Below are positions 28,562 through 41,500 of a DNA stretch of 64,000 nucleotides, piece after piece. Source of the stretch: Antedon mediterranea (taxonomy: Eukaryota > Animalia > Echinodermata); contig NC_092673.1 in assembly GCF_964355755.1 (NCBI RefSeq), positions 6,820,001 to 6,884,000 on the forward strand, given 5' to 3'. Made by a program: the position numbers and the translations under genes. Below the pieces are notes generated by a model, which saw only the letters and a program-made list of their open reading frames with translations, searched no databases and was not told where the DNA came from. Position 1 is the first letter of the stretch; every line of letters starts with the position of its first letter.

Positions 28562-30768
28562 GTCAGATGGGCTTCGCGAATTGACCCATGCGTCTACTGC
28601 CGATAAGTTGTAACTTTGTTTTATGGAATAATAATATTACGGTAAATTCATGTGTTTGATAATGAAACAGCAAGATTGTTTTATCTCTTCCTTTTAACTA
28701 AATAAATAGGAAAAAAAGTACAGATTATCAAAGTTGGAGAAGATGAAATGAATAAATATGAAATTATTAATCATTTTTATTTGTTGGAAGTTTAATTCGA
28801 TTCACAAAAAAGCCATAGCTAGAAAACATTAATGCTGTGTATCTATAGTTAGATGCTCAAATTACTGAGAACATGAGAGTTATGTACTAGCTGGTATATG
28901 GACATGGAGTTACAGTATGTAGGATTTGTTCTGGATTTGGTAGCTTTAACTTTCACGGATTAGTTTCATAAATATAATTCAGATGAGGGCACAAATTAGG
29001 AAGGAAGAATGACAAAGGAACTCAAGAAATATTATTTTGTATGATGACCTAATAAATCGAGAACAGACGAAATAAACACATCCGGGTACTGCACATTATA
29101 AAATTGTGTTCGTTACTTGAACTAACTAAAACCACTCCAGTGTTCAAATCTGTTTAAAAATGACTGATAATTTAATCCTTTCTACACCATCTGATTATTC
29201 TATGTTATCATTTGAATATTAATATCAATAACTATTACGCTTGGGAACATAACTGTGTGTAGTAAGTAGAGCGTACATCTGTGAACGAGTACATACTATG
29301 GTTCATTCACCCTATAGGTGTAAACATTTGCTTAAGCACGTTTCCTTTATCTAATAATTGGCCTACTTTATGAAGTATGTAAATTTATCAGTGCTAGTCC
29401 GTCAAACGTAGATGATAAAGATTGTTTCTACTTCGCGACGTAAAACTTTGCTCACTAGTATAGGACACAACAATGTAGCGCTGCAAAACAAGAAATTGTA
29501 CCAATTACGACAAGATGGTTGGGTACCCAGATAAATAGTAATTGCGTATAGGTCTTTGCGTTTGCGTAGAATGAAAACCAAGCTTTAACACGATGCGATG
29601 GATATTGTGATTTGTCAACTCACTTGCGTTGCGCTAAAGCGTTAAAAACACGATTTAATATGTTACGACGACTACCTAAACAAGAAATATTTCTTACAAA
29701 AAACGCTGCTAGACATTTTAAAATTAATCATTGTTTTTTCTTCAGATATATTTATGATTAATAATTAAAAAGATGTCCTTTAATCGCAAAAATACATACA
29801 AATCAAAGATAGTTCTTAATGATTCACATGCCCATTTAAAAATGGTCAATTTTTGAACTTTAATGTGCTGTGTTTGTGTGTAACCTGTTGGCATGCAACT
29901 GAATACTCTCTAGAGACAACATGACTTCACGAAAATTCTTCCCAGTCTGTTGATTCGCGTCAACCAATCAAAAGCCGAGAATCCAAAATCGTTCAACCGT
30001 GAGCCCTTATGACTCTCTTTTCCCATACGTCTTTTTGGTCCAGCAGCCGGGATCTATAAATTAAAGTCGAGTTTACAAAGTAGCAAAACTGTCGGCCTTA
30101 GATACTATAACTGCTGTTTGCTTTAGCTTATGAATGAGTAGTCGTCATTGGACGTAACTGGCTCAGAGCAGCAGCGTGAAAAGCTTTAAGGCCTCGTAAA
30201 ATACTATATTGGCCTTTATGATTACCAACGTTTTGAATTTATTAAAAATACTAAAATAAAATACTCATTAATTTAGGTAGATTACTTTTTACAAGAGGCA
30301 TTGTAAATGGGTGTGCTTTCTAAGACAAGGAAACAACACTAATCCTCTCCAGACAAAATCGGATTTTGTTTTCTTCCTCTTGTGTTATCATTGATCCGTG
30401 CTTGTAGGCTAAATACGTGCTTATACACCCTCTCATCGCCGACGGAAACAATGTACATTCAATCAATGGATATAGTCTTAGGAAGTATTACGAAGTAATT
30501 GAGACGCGAATGAAAGTCGAGTAGATTTATGGACGTGAAGCGATTGAGGAAGGATATCATAAACGAATTTATGTAAATATAATTCGTAGATTGTTTTTTT
30601 ACTTAGCTATACTAGTTTTCATTTTTTAATACAAATGTCATGTTATTTCATGCATGCCTAAAATGGTTTTGTTGAACTCGATGCAGACATTATTAATAAT
30701 CCCTCAAACCTATAATGTTAACATCAGTGATGATCAATACCAAGAAGTTTGCAAACAGTTATCCATAA

Positions 30769-30925
30769 AGCTGGTCCCTACTAGGACGCCACGCAAGGAC
30801 GTAGACTTAACGCACCAATGACAAGCGGCTCGTAAAATAAAATATTGCTGCTTAGTCAAATTGCTTGCGTAGCGCTTACGTTATTGCGTTGCGCTTACGT
30901 CATTGGGTTGCGTCTTATTATGAAT
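30769..30925. mobile_element. Degenerate family B MITE
   Basis: TAA-AGCTGGTCCCTACTAGGACGCCACGCAAGGACGTA...TTGCGTTGCGCTTACGTC. Confidence 0.6.
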
Positions 30926-32028
30926 ATTAATTTTAATAAGGAAAAATAATTGTATGTTTCTGTTTATTTTACTCTCATTTATTCTTTCAAACGCGATCAG
31001 TCAACAGGCTCGTGCCACCCCGTTCCGATTGGTCACTGTACTGTGACTAAAATACGAAATTGCACTCATGTATTTTACTCTCAATGACGTAATAGTTCAA
31101 AAAATTGTCAGTAGATAATATGGGGTTGGCTTAAATTTAACCGTTTTATTTTCTTTTTATAAGTGAAATCATTATTTTTTGTTCGATGTGTTTCTAGGGA
31201 AATGAATAACTTTATTAAAAAACTGCAAAATGGCATAATCAAAGTCTGATTTTATTAATCTTCATTTGTCATATGTTTCGGGGACACACACACCTTTAAA
31301 TGTTGTAATGCATACATGTTGTATATTGACATTCCCATACGAAATATATGCTTAAACCAATGTTTCAATAACAACAGATAGCAAATAGAATAACTGTTAT
31401 TAGAACAGTCATGGTCACAGCAGACGGAATAGCACTAGGTATGCAACAAAATGTAAGACTATATAATTAAAAATTGAAAAAAAATCAACTTTGCATGTAC
31501 AAATAATTTTTCATTTCCCGGTGACAGCGCGTCTGAAATAATTATAAGGTTTTTCATTAAAACGATTTTTTAGTCATTGAAAACACCTGCTTCGTCCAAA
31601 AACCGCCTGCAGTCTATTTCAAAATAACATCAAATGCAGCTAGAAAACAAATTAATTGCATTTAATATTTAAGTGCACTGATGAATAAGTCGAATTCTAA
31701 CACTACAGATTAAGTTTAAAATCATTAATAACTTAAATGACACAGAGAATAGGAATATATGTATATTAATAGAAAAAGTGGTGTCTGGAAGTGTTGGAGG
31801 AATGACAAATGAACGAGAACTATTTGCATACATTAAAAAGTCCTTCAGTGCATATGTAGTGCAACGGAGGACAAAATTGGAACAAACCTTATAGTATTTC
31901 AATGGTTAACATGAATTGTCATATCAAAGCATAAAAGACCCAATAATAATTAATCTTAAATGTACCAAAATTTAATTTAAATACATCGTCAATTAATGCA
32001 TGGAGGTGGTAACAAAAAAAGTATGCTC

Positions 32029-32135
32029 TCTCCTGAGTACGATCAGGCTACATTGATCGAAACGTCGAGAATCTCAACAGTTCTTTTCAGAACTATATAT
32101 ATACGTGGTGTACCGCAAATTTGATGATATCAACA
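32029..32135 (+). mobile_element. Penelope-like terminal remnant with degenerate minimal type I hammerhead motif
   Basis: TCTC-CTGAGTA-C-GATCA..TGATC-GAAAC-GTC-GAGA; stems I and II intact, core deviates from CUGAnGA. Confidence 0.55.
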
Positions 32136-35100
32136 AACAAGTATTTGTTAACCTCCTATAGCTTAATACACAACTATCAAACGACAAAAACGGTCAACAA
32201 CAATACACGCGCAGCTGATCTTTAAATCCCCGTATATAGAATTGATAAACTTATTCTTATACGGACGAAACATGTTGGGCAATTAAAACTATTGTCAATC
32301 GGTCGGCCGGCAAAAAGAGTAATTATGTAAATACAAACATTTCAAAAGTTTACTTACCACAGAATGAAGAACATGCATGTCGCTTTCATACCACTTATTT
32401 GTTTCATGAAGCACACAAACGAATGTCGTATGACGTCATATGGTACAGATGGCTGTTTTAGAATGGAATGTCAGGTGTAGTAACGTCTACGAACTACTGA
32501 TGAATGTAACAACACTTCAGTTTAGTTGGGATAGGCCTACTAATCATAAAAATACTTTACTTTAGGCCTACATAAAGTATATTTTGCTTCTCTAACAATG
32601 TTTGCTTTGCTCATTATGCCGATTTTACTCCATTGTGCTTGTTATCTTTAAATGACTAAATGAATAGGGATGGAGTAAGCCTCGGAGTCACTCTTTGTAT
32701 TAAGGGTACGTTCACACGTAAAGCGTAAGACTGGCGTGGTAATCTAGATTAAAAAGTTACTTCAACCTTACAGATAATCACTCAATCTGATATGGAAATA
32801 GACATTCGTATATTATCAGGCAAGAATGAAATTACTTCTTCACTTCACTTTTCCCTAATATTATATAAGAAATAGATTTGTCCATGATAGTTGAAGACGT
32901 AAGCAATCACACGAATTCCATTACATGAAAACTGTGAGTGAATGAATGTGAATGATACGTTAACAATTACTTTAAAATGATTCAGTTCCATTTATTATGT
33001 CATTAAAAGATTATTGTGACTTTTAAATCCACATAATGGGTCCGAAAACCTTACGAATCGAATAAGCTTAAAAAAAACACACACTAAATTAAGCCCCTTT
33101 TACATATTTTTCCAATTAACATTTCGTTGTTGTACTAAAGCGCGCGATGAATGTGGCAACTCACTGCTCGTTAACCATTTAAACGAATGTTTTCCCATGC
33201 AGACTTGAAAACATTTGCATAACGAATGAGAAAATAATTTTACCTCGCCATTTTATTGTTTTTTTTTCCAAATGTGTTACGTAAAGTTCGATTTAAATTT
33301 GCGTAATAAAAAAAACATACAACCGAAAAACATAAACAACTGAATTTTCAATTTTGTTTGCTTGCTTATTTGTCTATATACATTTATTTAGTTTAAAATT
33401 TTACAAAGATTAAAGAAAAAAAACCCCGTATTTTATCTATATAGACCTATAACCCAATAACCCAATAACCAAACCTACTCTTCAACAACATGGGGTCAAC
33501 ACCAAACTTGACATTTATTTTAACATAGTTACGTAATATATATAAAAAGGGGAGTGGTCCAAAATGACGTCATACCATCCTTAGTTAGACCCCAAAGGTT
33601 TGTGCCAAGTTTGGTGCTTTTGTCACAAGGTGCTGTTAGTACACTACATACAAGGCAAAGCAACTTTATGCAAATAACATTAAAATAACAACCAGGATCA
33701 TTTGGACGAAGGCAAAAACAAAGTAACAAACATTGGAAATAAAGTCGACAATTTTATTTATTACAGTAAATATACAATGCATAACAAGTTCATTAAAATA
33801 CGACAGTTTTATCATTTCAAAAGACACAAATTGCACGGACGGATATTTTTCGATCATTTGACTGGTGGAAAATGCTACATTTTATGTACATAGGATGGTA
33901 ATTATCCATGTCTCCTTCCAATAGAAAAAGACCACTGTAACCGCGGCCCTGGATAATCCCCTATCATCTTTTTTGTCTTTCGTGTTAACAACCCACCTAT
34001 ATTATTAAAATTCCCTATCTTTTACCAAGGCCCATTAGCTTCTCTGCAGTATTTTGGACGCTTCGATCAAGCATGGAAAACTATACTTATACATTGTGAA
34101 TGGAATACATCAATATTCTACAATTTTCTCAACAGAGGTATACAATTATTATTCTTTTTGGTTTCATTAACAATGGACGGAATGCTATTTCGTTCGATTC
34201 TTGAATTTGTTGAATATTTCAGAACTGGTTGGCACACCATCATTATATCCATAACTACTGGACGGAAAAAACTTATTATATTTCACTTTTATTAAACTTT
34301 ATACATGTGTTTTATATATTATGTTACATTTTCCTACGGGATCTATTATTACAATACTAAGTCGTAAGAAAACATTAAACCTGTCAGTACTGCATAGATG
34401 TCCTGTAAAACCACGTTCGAAACATGATATTAAACAACGCGTACATACGGGGTACTGTCTGCTGGGATACGCAATTAAATTTAATGTCCACACACAGAAA
34501 TAAATAAATGTGGACAAAGTGAGATCTTTACGGCGCAAGTGATCACAAAGTTGAACTATCTTGCGTAGAGAATTAAACTTTGCGTAAAATAAGTGTGTGC
34601 TTTATGGTGAAATTGAGCGCAATGCACCGACCGATCATGACGGATTGTTTTATGAAGACAAAATGGACACAGAATAGTGCTTGATAAAGACCTGAGGGGA
34701 CTGAGATGCTAGCATCTGTTCTATCATGACCATTTAGTGAGACCACGTGATCGCGATGTAGTAAAATTAATAAAAGTTATGATTGTGGAGGTTCATGAAT
34801 TTATAGAAATCAACCTGATTTTGGAAGTTTGAAAAAAAAGAAAATTTGTACAGTCATAGCATACATAAAACGAATTTTATAAATATTTTTGTATAATAAT
34901 TTAAACAATAAATTAATAATGGAAACCAATATCCATAACTGTAAAAAAATCTCCATAACGGTAATAGAACAATTACCAGATATTTAAAATGTTTATCTCG
35001 GTTGTACTCTTAAAACCTATCGGAGGTAAATCGGAGTTAACAACATGGAGGTATCTGAGTTGACAACACGGAAGTATCGGAGTTGACAACACGGAGCAAA

Positions 35101-35728
35101 CAAGCACATCGGTTGTGACTATGATAATGATTCGGATAAGCTTTACTCCTTTATATGCACGCTTAATTCTAGTGCTTGTTCACACAGCTTTTAGCTATGT
35201 TTACACGCCCTAGTACTGTATCTCTATCGAAGTTAAATTATAGTATATCAGAGTTACATCATTTAGCTTGTTCTACGTTCACACCGGTTAAACATGCGAC
35301 ATAACTGTAACCACGATGGGAAGCGCATGCTTTTTTATATCGGAGGTACTGTACATCAGAGTTAACACGAGCCTGAATGAGTTAACAGAGGTATGACGAG
35401 TTAACTGATTAACCGACTCAGTATGTGTAAACACATTTGATGTTTTTCTGAAAAAGTGAAAAATGTGTAGGCCTCCTACAATAATTATTATAAATGGAAT
35501 AGCAACACTATTCCAATCTTGCTACTGTACATTTCTTTATAATACAACTGACTGCATGTGTAATACAGTATTAACAATAAAAAAATAATTATTACATAAC
35601 ATTATACATTTTTGAATTAGCAGAAACTTTTTTCAAAAGGTATTATACAATTCGAAGCAATAAAGAGTGTTATACCTTTCAAATATTTTAATTGTTAACA
35701 TCAAGATTTTAATAATAAAATTAACAAC

Positions 35729-35734
35729 TTTATT
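35729..35734 (-). terminator. Candidate polyadenylation signal of ODAD3
   Basis: AATAAA on minus strand about 37 nt after the stop; AT-rich context weakens it. Confidence 0.35.
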
Positions 35735-35770
35735 TAAAAAAAAAATGAATTTTCTTGCATCTTTCTATCC

Positions 35771-35904
35771 TCACTTTGTGATGGTTTTCTTCTTGCGAGC
35801 ACGAACTTTGTGTTTCTTCGTCTTTGAGTCAACAATTGACTGTGCTTGTTTTTTTAGTTTATCTCTTGTTACTATATCTTCATCCTCGCCGCTGTCCTCG
35901 TCAT
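35771..35904 (-). CDS. ODAD3: ODAD3/CCDC151 terminal coding exon (missed by the ORF track)
   Basis: ttttcctttgacag acceptor, phase 1; DDEDSGEDEDIVTRDKLKKQAQSIVDSKTKKHKVRARKKKTITK* resembles the acidic-then-basic CCDC151 C-terminus. Confidence 0.9.
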
Positions 35905-36514
35905 CTGTCAAAGGAAAACAACGCCGTTAAGTAAACAGTAATAATCACACAGATCACAATTTGCAAAACATAACTACACAATTGAATCATACATAGGAAT
36001 TTTCAAGATTTTGGAATTTTGTAGTTGCTTTGTAACGGCCTACTCCATGGTCTTATTTGTAAGTATTTGCAAGGTATAATCACATTGATCAAATTTACAA
36101 GACTCAACAAACTGTAGCTCAAAAATTGAATGATAATTACTAATACTTAAAAGTTAAATAATCAAATCATGAGACATTCTCAACCAAACTTTATTTCCAT
36201 TTTGGAAAACCTACATGGTGTACTGCAAAACTAGTGTTTATTTCACTATGCAAACACTATTGTAATCAAAAATAGAATCAATATTCACATTTTAAGAATT
36301 AACTATACATCATTGATAAGTTGAAAAAACATTCAATAAATACAGTGTGTATTCATAGCTTTAGCAGATATTAAAGCATACAGTTAGTCGCCATACTCAA
36401 AAATAACATTGAAACATATAAAACATACATCCTAGAAAGGGAACAGGTGAAAATTAATCCACTACTGTCATCAATAAAATGCTCCCAATTCAATATTATT
36501 ATAGATTATTAATA

Positions 36515-36944
36515 TTTTATTTACTTATACTCAGTGACCTCTTCAGTCAAAGACTGGACTCAGAGTGGCTGTGTGATGCGAGACAGTGGCTTTGTGGGGA
36601 CTAGTACACCGGGGTACCCTCTTACTTGTCTCAAAAGATGTATAAAGCTCTGTCTACACTTACAAACTTTATGTGACAAAGAAATGTGATGTGCCAATAT
36701 ATGGACACTTGATGATGTCATCACTACTATATTTGGGCACATCACACTTTTTGGTCAAACTAGTTTGATGGTGTAGACAGAACTTTAGGTTCTTTAATGT
36801 ACAAATGAGCTAGATGTATGCACTGGACCTACGGTTTAGTTCTTATCTGAAAAAACTCATTCTACCACCAGAACTATGGAGTGAGTAAGTCTCTGGCTAC
36901 ATATTATGGTTCCACTGTCTTAACTGTTCGACCACACACTCGCT
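36515..36944 (-). mobile_element. tRNA-derived SINE (DeuSINE-like) interrupted by a MITE
   Basis: Head AGCGAGTGTGTGGTCGAACAGTTAAGACAGTGG; core AAACCGTAGGTCC...TTAAAGAACC...CCCCGGTG. Confidence 0.7.
36646..36784. mobile_element. Family A MITE inserted in SINE
   Basis: TAA-AGCTCTGTCTACAC...GTGTAGACAGAACT-TTA. Confidence 0.85.
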
Positions 36945-39900
36945 ACAAACATTGAATGTACAGTATTGTTTGAAGAAACAGAAATATAAAAACAATATAT
37001 AAAATATCATCTTTATAGCTTACTTTATTTGCCACATCTGGTGAAATCAATAATAATAAATATTACTAGCTTTGTGGCAAGTGTAATAATTAGTTTAATT
37101 GTTTGATGGATCCTCACGATTATTTTCAATTTACTGAAAATTGAAATAATATTTGTTGCTAGTGAGTCAATAAAGGAAATGTAATTAGAGTGATAACAAT
37201 AGATCTAAGTGTAATAAAACTGTTATGGCTTCAAAACTGATACAGCTAAGTAGGCCTACAATAGATTAACATTTTTTATTGTTACAATTACTGTAGAACA
37301 TAAAATGAGATAATATTGAATATGACAACAAAAGTTGTTGCTGAGTAAGAACAATTAATTGCAGTTGTATTGATAATTTTATTTATTATCTTTCACGTAT
37401 TGTCTGCAAAAACATGAAAAATGAAGATAAATAAAATCAAATTTCAAATAGGCCATTTTGTAGTTTTAATTATTCAGTTATGCAGCTCATAAAAATTCAG
37501 TAGGCAAGATGCTAATTAGTCTTATTGCCTCATCTTTTGAATGGGATGTAAAACCATTGCTGCTGACACGTACATAAAGTGCATGATGTTAAAGGCCAGG
37601 TGCGGGCAAAAAATTTCTATTGATCATACATTCCAATAATTATCGATATATAGTTTTACCCTATGTTTCATAATTTTTGGGATTTTATTTGTGTTACACG
37701 AGCTTGTTTAAAATAAGCACTTTCTTATCAGTGGGGGGGATAGTTCAAATTACAATCTCTATTCTTTTGTACACAAATTTTGTAAATAGAGAGGCATTTT
37801 AAAAAGTTATGAAAAATAAACTTAATACACTATTAAAAAAGATTAAGGGAACATCCCATGGTGTGGTAATCTTGGTAGGGGCTGCCATTGGTTTGCCTAA
37901 TCCGAGTTTCCACTCAAGCAACCAAACACTTATTAATTTCTACCAATGGTACAATCGTAAAACAATTACAAATAATTGCAATACATATATGATTAAATAA
38001 TAAAACAATACCATTAATAGAGGATCTTGCAGAAGGAAATTACTAATCACGCAAGATAGGTTAAGCTTGAAGATTATAATTATGTTTTTTTTAAATTAAA
38101 ATCATTCAATGCTGTTTCACTCTGTAAGTAAAGTTCATACTGTAGTTAATAATAGCAAACTATTATTTCATCAATTTAAAATATCGTATTTGACCTAACA
38201 TAATCCCATAGCTCAATCATTCCCTAATTACTGTAGGCTGTTTTCCAGATCATAATGTAATCCTACTGTAATCACAACTTGAATTATAGGACAAAGTATT
38301 ATTTATACAGTAATTCATTTATTTATAACTTTTGTTTTAAGAAAGAAAATATAAATATGGTTTTTTTTCTTAGTCTATTAGTCTACTGTTGGGAATATGA
38401 CCTACCCCATTCTCAAACTATTCCACCTTTGTGTCCTAGTTTAGGAGGAATTTTGGTTTCAAACCTACAGGCTGAAAAGGGTGTCTTATGGGATACTATT
38501 TGGTACGAAAGCCTTGGCTTAGACCAAAACAAATGATATAGCCGATACAAAAATCAAAATAGCTGTGGAAGGTCTCTGCATCTGTACCTAAAATGTAACA
38601 AAAATTTGGAATTGCCAAAACATTTTATGATACTGTAGGATCAGAGTTGAAACACTGGGGTAAGGGAGCGTGCCCAAATGATTTTACTCCGTTAAACTAG
38701 TTGTAACGCAACTAGTTTAACGATTTACCGTTATATGCAGCAAATTCAAATACTGGTTCAGTGAGGCATATCAAACCCTGCCTATTATTACTAGCTATAT
38801 ACCCACTACTGTTTCCAAAACAGCGAAAACTGTGTCTTTTAAGTTTTAAATATTAAGACAGTAAAATTAATGTTAAAAAAAGAATGGTAACTAGTCAGGT
38901 GATCCGCACAAACGCATTATGCACATTCTGTACGAAAACATTGTGAGCGGAAATGGAATGTTGTTAAATTGCATTGTTTTGTGCATTTTAAGAATGAAAT
39001 TATGGCAAACAATTGAATGGGGTGAAAATAGAACAAATCGTCTTTTATTTTCGCCATTGCACTGAATATAGCAAAAAAATAAATGGTAATCAAAAATGGC
39101 AGAAAGAAATAAGAATACTGTATGCTTGGAAAAAAAAAATATTTCTTAGAAACAGAATTTCATTTATGAATACTATACTAAAAACGCCAGTTCTGAAAAA
39201 CTTTACAGAAATAGACAATAAACAAAGTTAAATAGATCGGTCATAAAGAAGAGTTTAAATCTGGAGAAAAGAAGGACGTATTTAGAGAAATCATAATTTT
39301 AAATGCAATAAATACTGTAATTGCAGCGTAGTAGTTACTACCTATCCACCTACTGAATAGAAACAAGGTAAAGGCACTATCCGTAACAATCCTACATATC
39401 ATATGTCATAATTACGGATAGAGTTTCGAGTCGACGAGCAATTTGCAATGTTTTTTAATGGAGGTAACTTTCCAAATGCCTCGCACATTACAGCTGGGAC
39501 TGTTAGTTCATTTTAAGTTGGATCTCGAGAGCATCTTAAAATGTTGCCCGTAGGGAGAGTTAAAAGGAACAGGCTGTAGGCTTATGACGTACGATCGCAT
39601 CAAATGGGTGTTGATTCCTGTTAATATACTTTGATCTGCTATGTTTATTTGTAGGGTATGCTCGAGGGTTAGTTAAGGCGTTTTGATTACATCGTTTTTG
39701 GACACGCGCAATATTTCTTTTATGGACTTCAACCGGTGAAGGATAGATGATAAACAGTCGTAAGAGCGAGTGGTTACGTGTGCGCGCCGTTAATCTTCAT
39801 CAAACCAGTACATCAGTTCAAACGTTAATGTAACAAAATTGTAGAAATAGGAATTTATTGGGCAACAGACACACAACAATATAATGTAATGTTGCAATTT

Positions 39901-40289
39901 AAACCTACAGAACTAGACAATTAGGGAATTTGCTGCAGTAATGGACATGAAAAGCAGGTAGTAATGTAACTAACAGTGTTGTATACTGAAATATTTATGG
40001 CAATTTTGGCATTTAAAACTGTACTGTAATATAATACTGCAGGCAAGTTATATAAAGAAGTTAATATACACAAAAAAACATGGATAAATATATGGTAGTT
40101 GAAAAGGAGTGATCTTAAAATGAATACTGTTCCACTTTTTTCAATCAAAGTGTTCAGTCCTATTAAAACTTTTGGTTGCAGCATACAGTAGTATCTCTGA
40201 GGTCAAGCTAACCAAGAGAGCAGTGGTTCCATAAATTAAAACAATCAACCTTGATCATTCTTCCTTTAATATTAAATTTGTTTTGATAA

Positions 40290-40656
40290 TTATTTGAGCC
40301 AATGAGCATGCGCGAGTAGAGACAACACCTAACTTTTACACGCAGGGAAAAAGATCTTAAATTCAGACTAAAGGTAATATATAGCCAACAAACTCTACTA
40401 TTTTTAAAAGTTGTATACACTAACTAAAAGAAGACTGCATGATGGCGACTAATAGGCCTACTAGGGCAAATAGTTATTTGAGCCAATGAGCATGCGCGAG
40501 TAGAGACAACACCTAACTTTTACACGCAGGGAAAAAGATCTTAAATTCAGACTAAAGGTAATATATAGCCAACAAACTCTACTATTTTTAAAAGTTGTAT
40601 ACACTAACTAAAAGAAGACTGCATGATGGCGACTAATAGGCCTACTAGGGCAAATA
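40290..40656 (+). repeat. Tandem duplication of the LINE 5' end (period 184 bp)
   Basis: 40290-40472 and 40474-40656 appear identical by eye. Confidence 0.95.
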
Positions 40657-41444
40657 CTAAATCAATTGACTTAACAAGAAAAGCTAGACCCTCCGAAAGT
40701 CTAGAAGCAGATGATCCAATCGAAGCCTCCGGCGACCGACAGGGGGAAACTCAAACGCTCGCCGATCAACTAGGTAGGCTATCAGAACAACTTAATGGTA
40801 AACTAGATAAAGTCCTAGAAAATCAAAAAAACTACAACAAAAGGCTTACCAAACTGGAAACAACTGTCAAAGATCTAGAAAAAAGTGTGGAATATGCGCA
40901 TGATTCAACTAACAAAACGAAGGAAGAAATAAAAAAAATTGGAAATGAAATCAAGAAAATGGAGGAGTATGAAAACAAAATGGCGGCTTATCAGGATAAA
41001 ATGGCGGACATGGAAAATTCAATCCTAAAACAAGAAAGATACAGTAGGAGTTTTAATCTAAGGTTTGGAGGAGTTATAGAAAATGCTACAGAAAACACCC
41101 AGGACTTATTGCAAAAAGTACTACGCGAAGAACTCGGATTCGAGGACATCGAAATTGAAAATTGCCATCGCACCGGGAAACGCCGTTTAGATAACAAACC
41201 GAGGCATATAATAGCTAAATTTCTGTACCGTCCACAAAGAAACCAAGTCCTAAAACTAGGAAAAGTAAAATTAAAAAGTAAATCACAAAACGTATTTATT
41301 ACTGAAGATTTACCTGACGCGGACATGAAGAAAAAGAGAGAATTATCTACAATTATGGCGCAGGCATATGCCGAAAAACGTAAGCCCGTATTCAGAAATG
41401 GACAACTGTTTATCGACGGTAAGCCATACAAGCCACTAAAATAA
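40623..41444 (+). CDS. LINE ORF1 protein, L1-type (coiled coil + RRM + CTD)
   Basis: Heptad region, then ERYSRSFNLRFGGV, IENCHRTG, PRHIIAKF and FITEDL motifs; intact 273 aa. Confidence 0.9.
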   Translation: MMATNRPTRANTKSIDLTRKARPSESLEADDPIEASGDRQGETQTLADQLGRLSEQLNGKLDKVLENQKNYNKRLTKLETTVKDLEKSVEYAHDSTNKTKEEIKKIGNEIKKMEEYENKMAAYQDKMADMENSILKQERYSRSFNLRFGGVIENATENTQDLLQKVLREELGFEDIEIENCHRTGKRRLDNKPRHIIAKFLYRPQRNQVLKLGKVKLKSKSQNVFITEDLPDADMKKKRELSTIMAQAYAEKRKPVFRNGQLFIDGKPYKPLK

Positions 41445-41500
41445 CTATAATTAAGTCATTAAGCCAAATTAATTAATGTTCAATTGAACACAATTAATTA

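Noticed and set aside
993-39231. Remaining 60-107-aa ORFs
   Set aside because: Composition typical of chance ORFs in AT-rich or repeat DNA; no motifs
39376-39422. CTATCCGTAA..TTACGGATAG hairpin as a pre-miRNA
   Set aside because: Only a 10-bp stem; too short
40991-41431. 146-aa minus-strand ORF
   Set aside because: Antisense shadow of LINE ORF1; the same applies to the ORFs at 42134 and 42931 over ORF2
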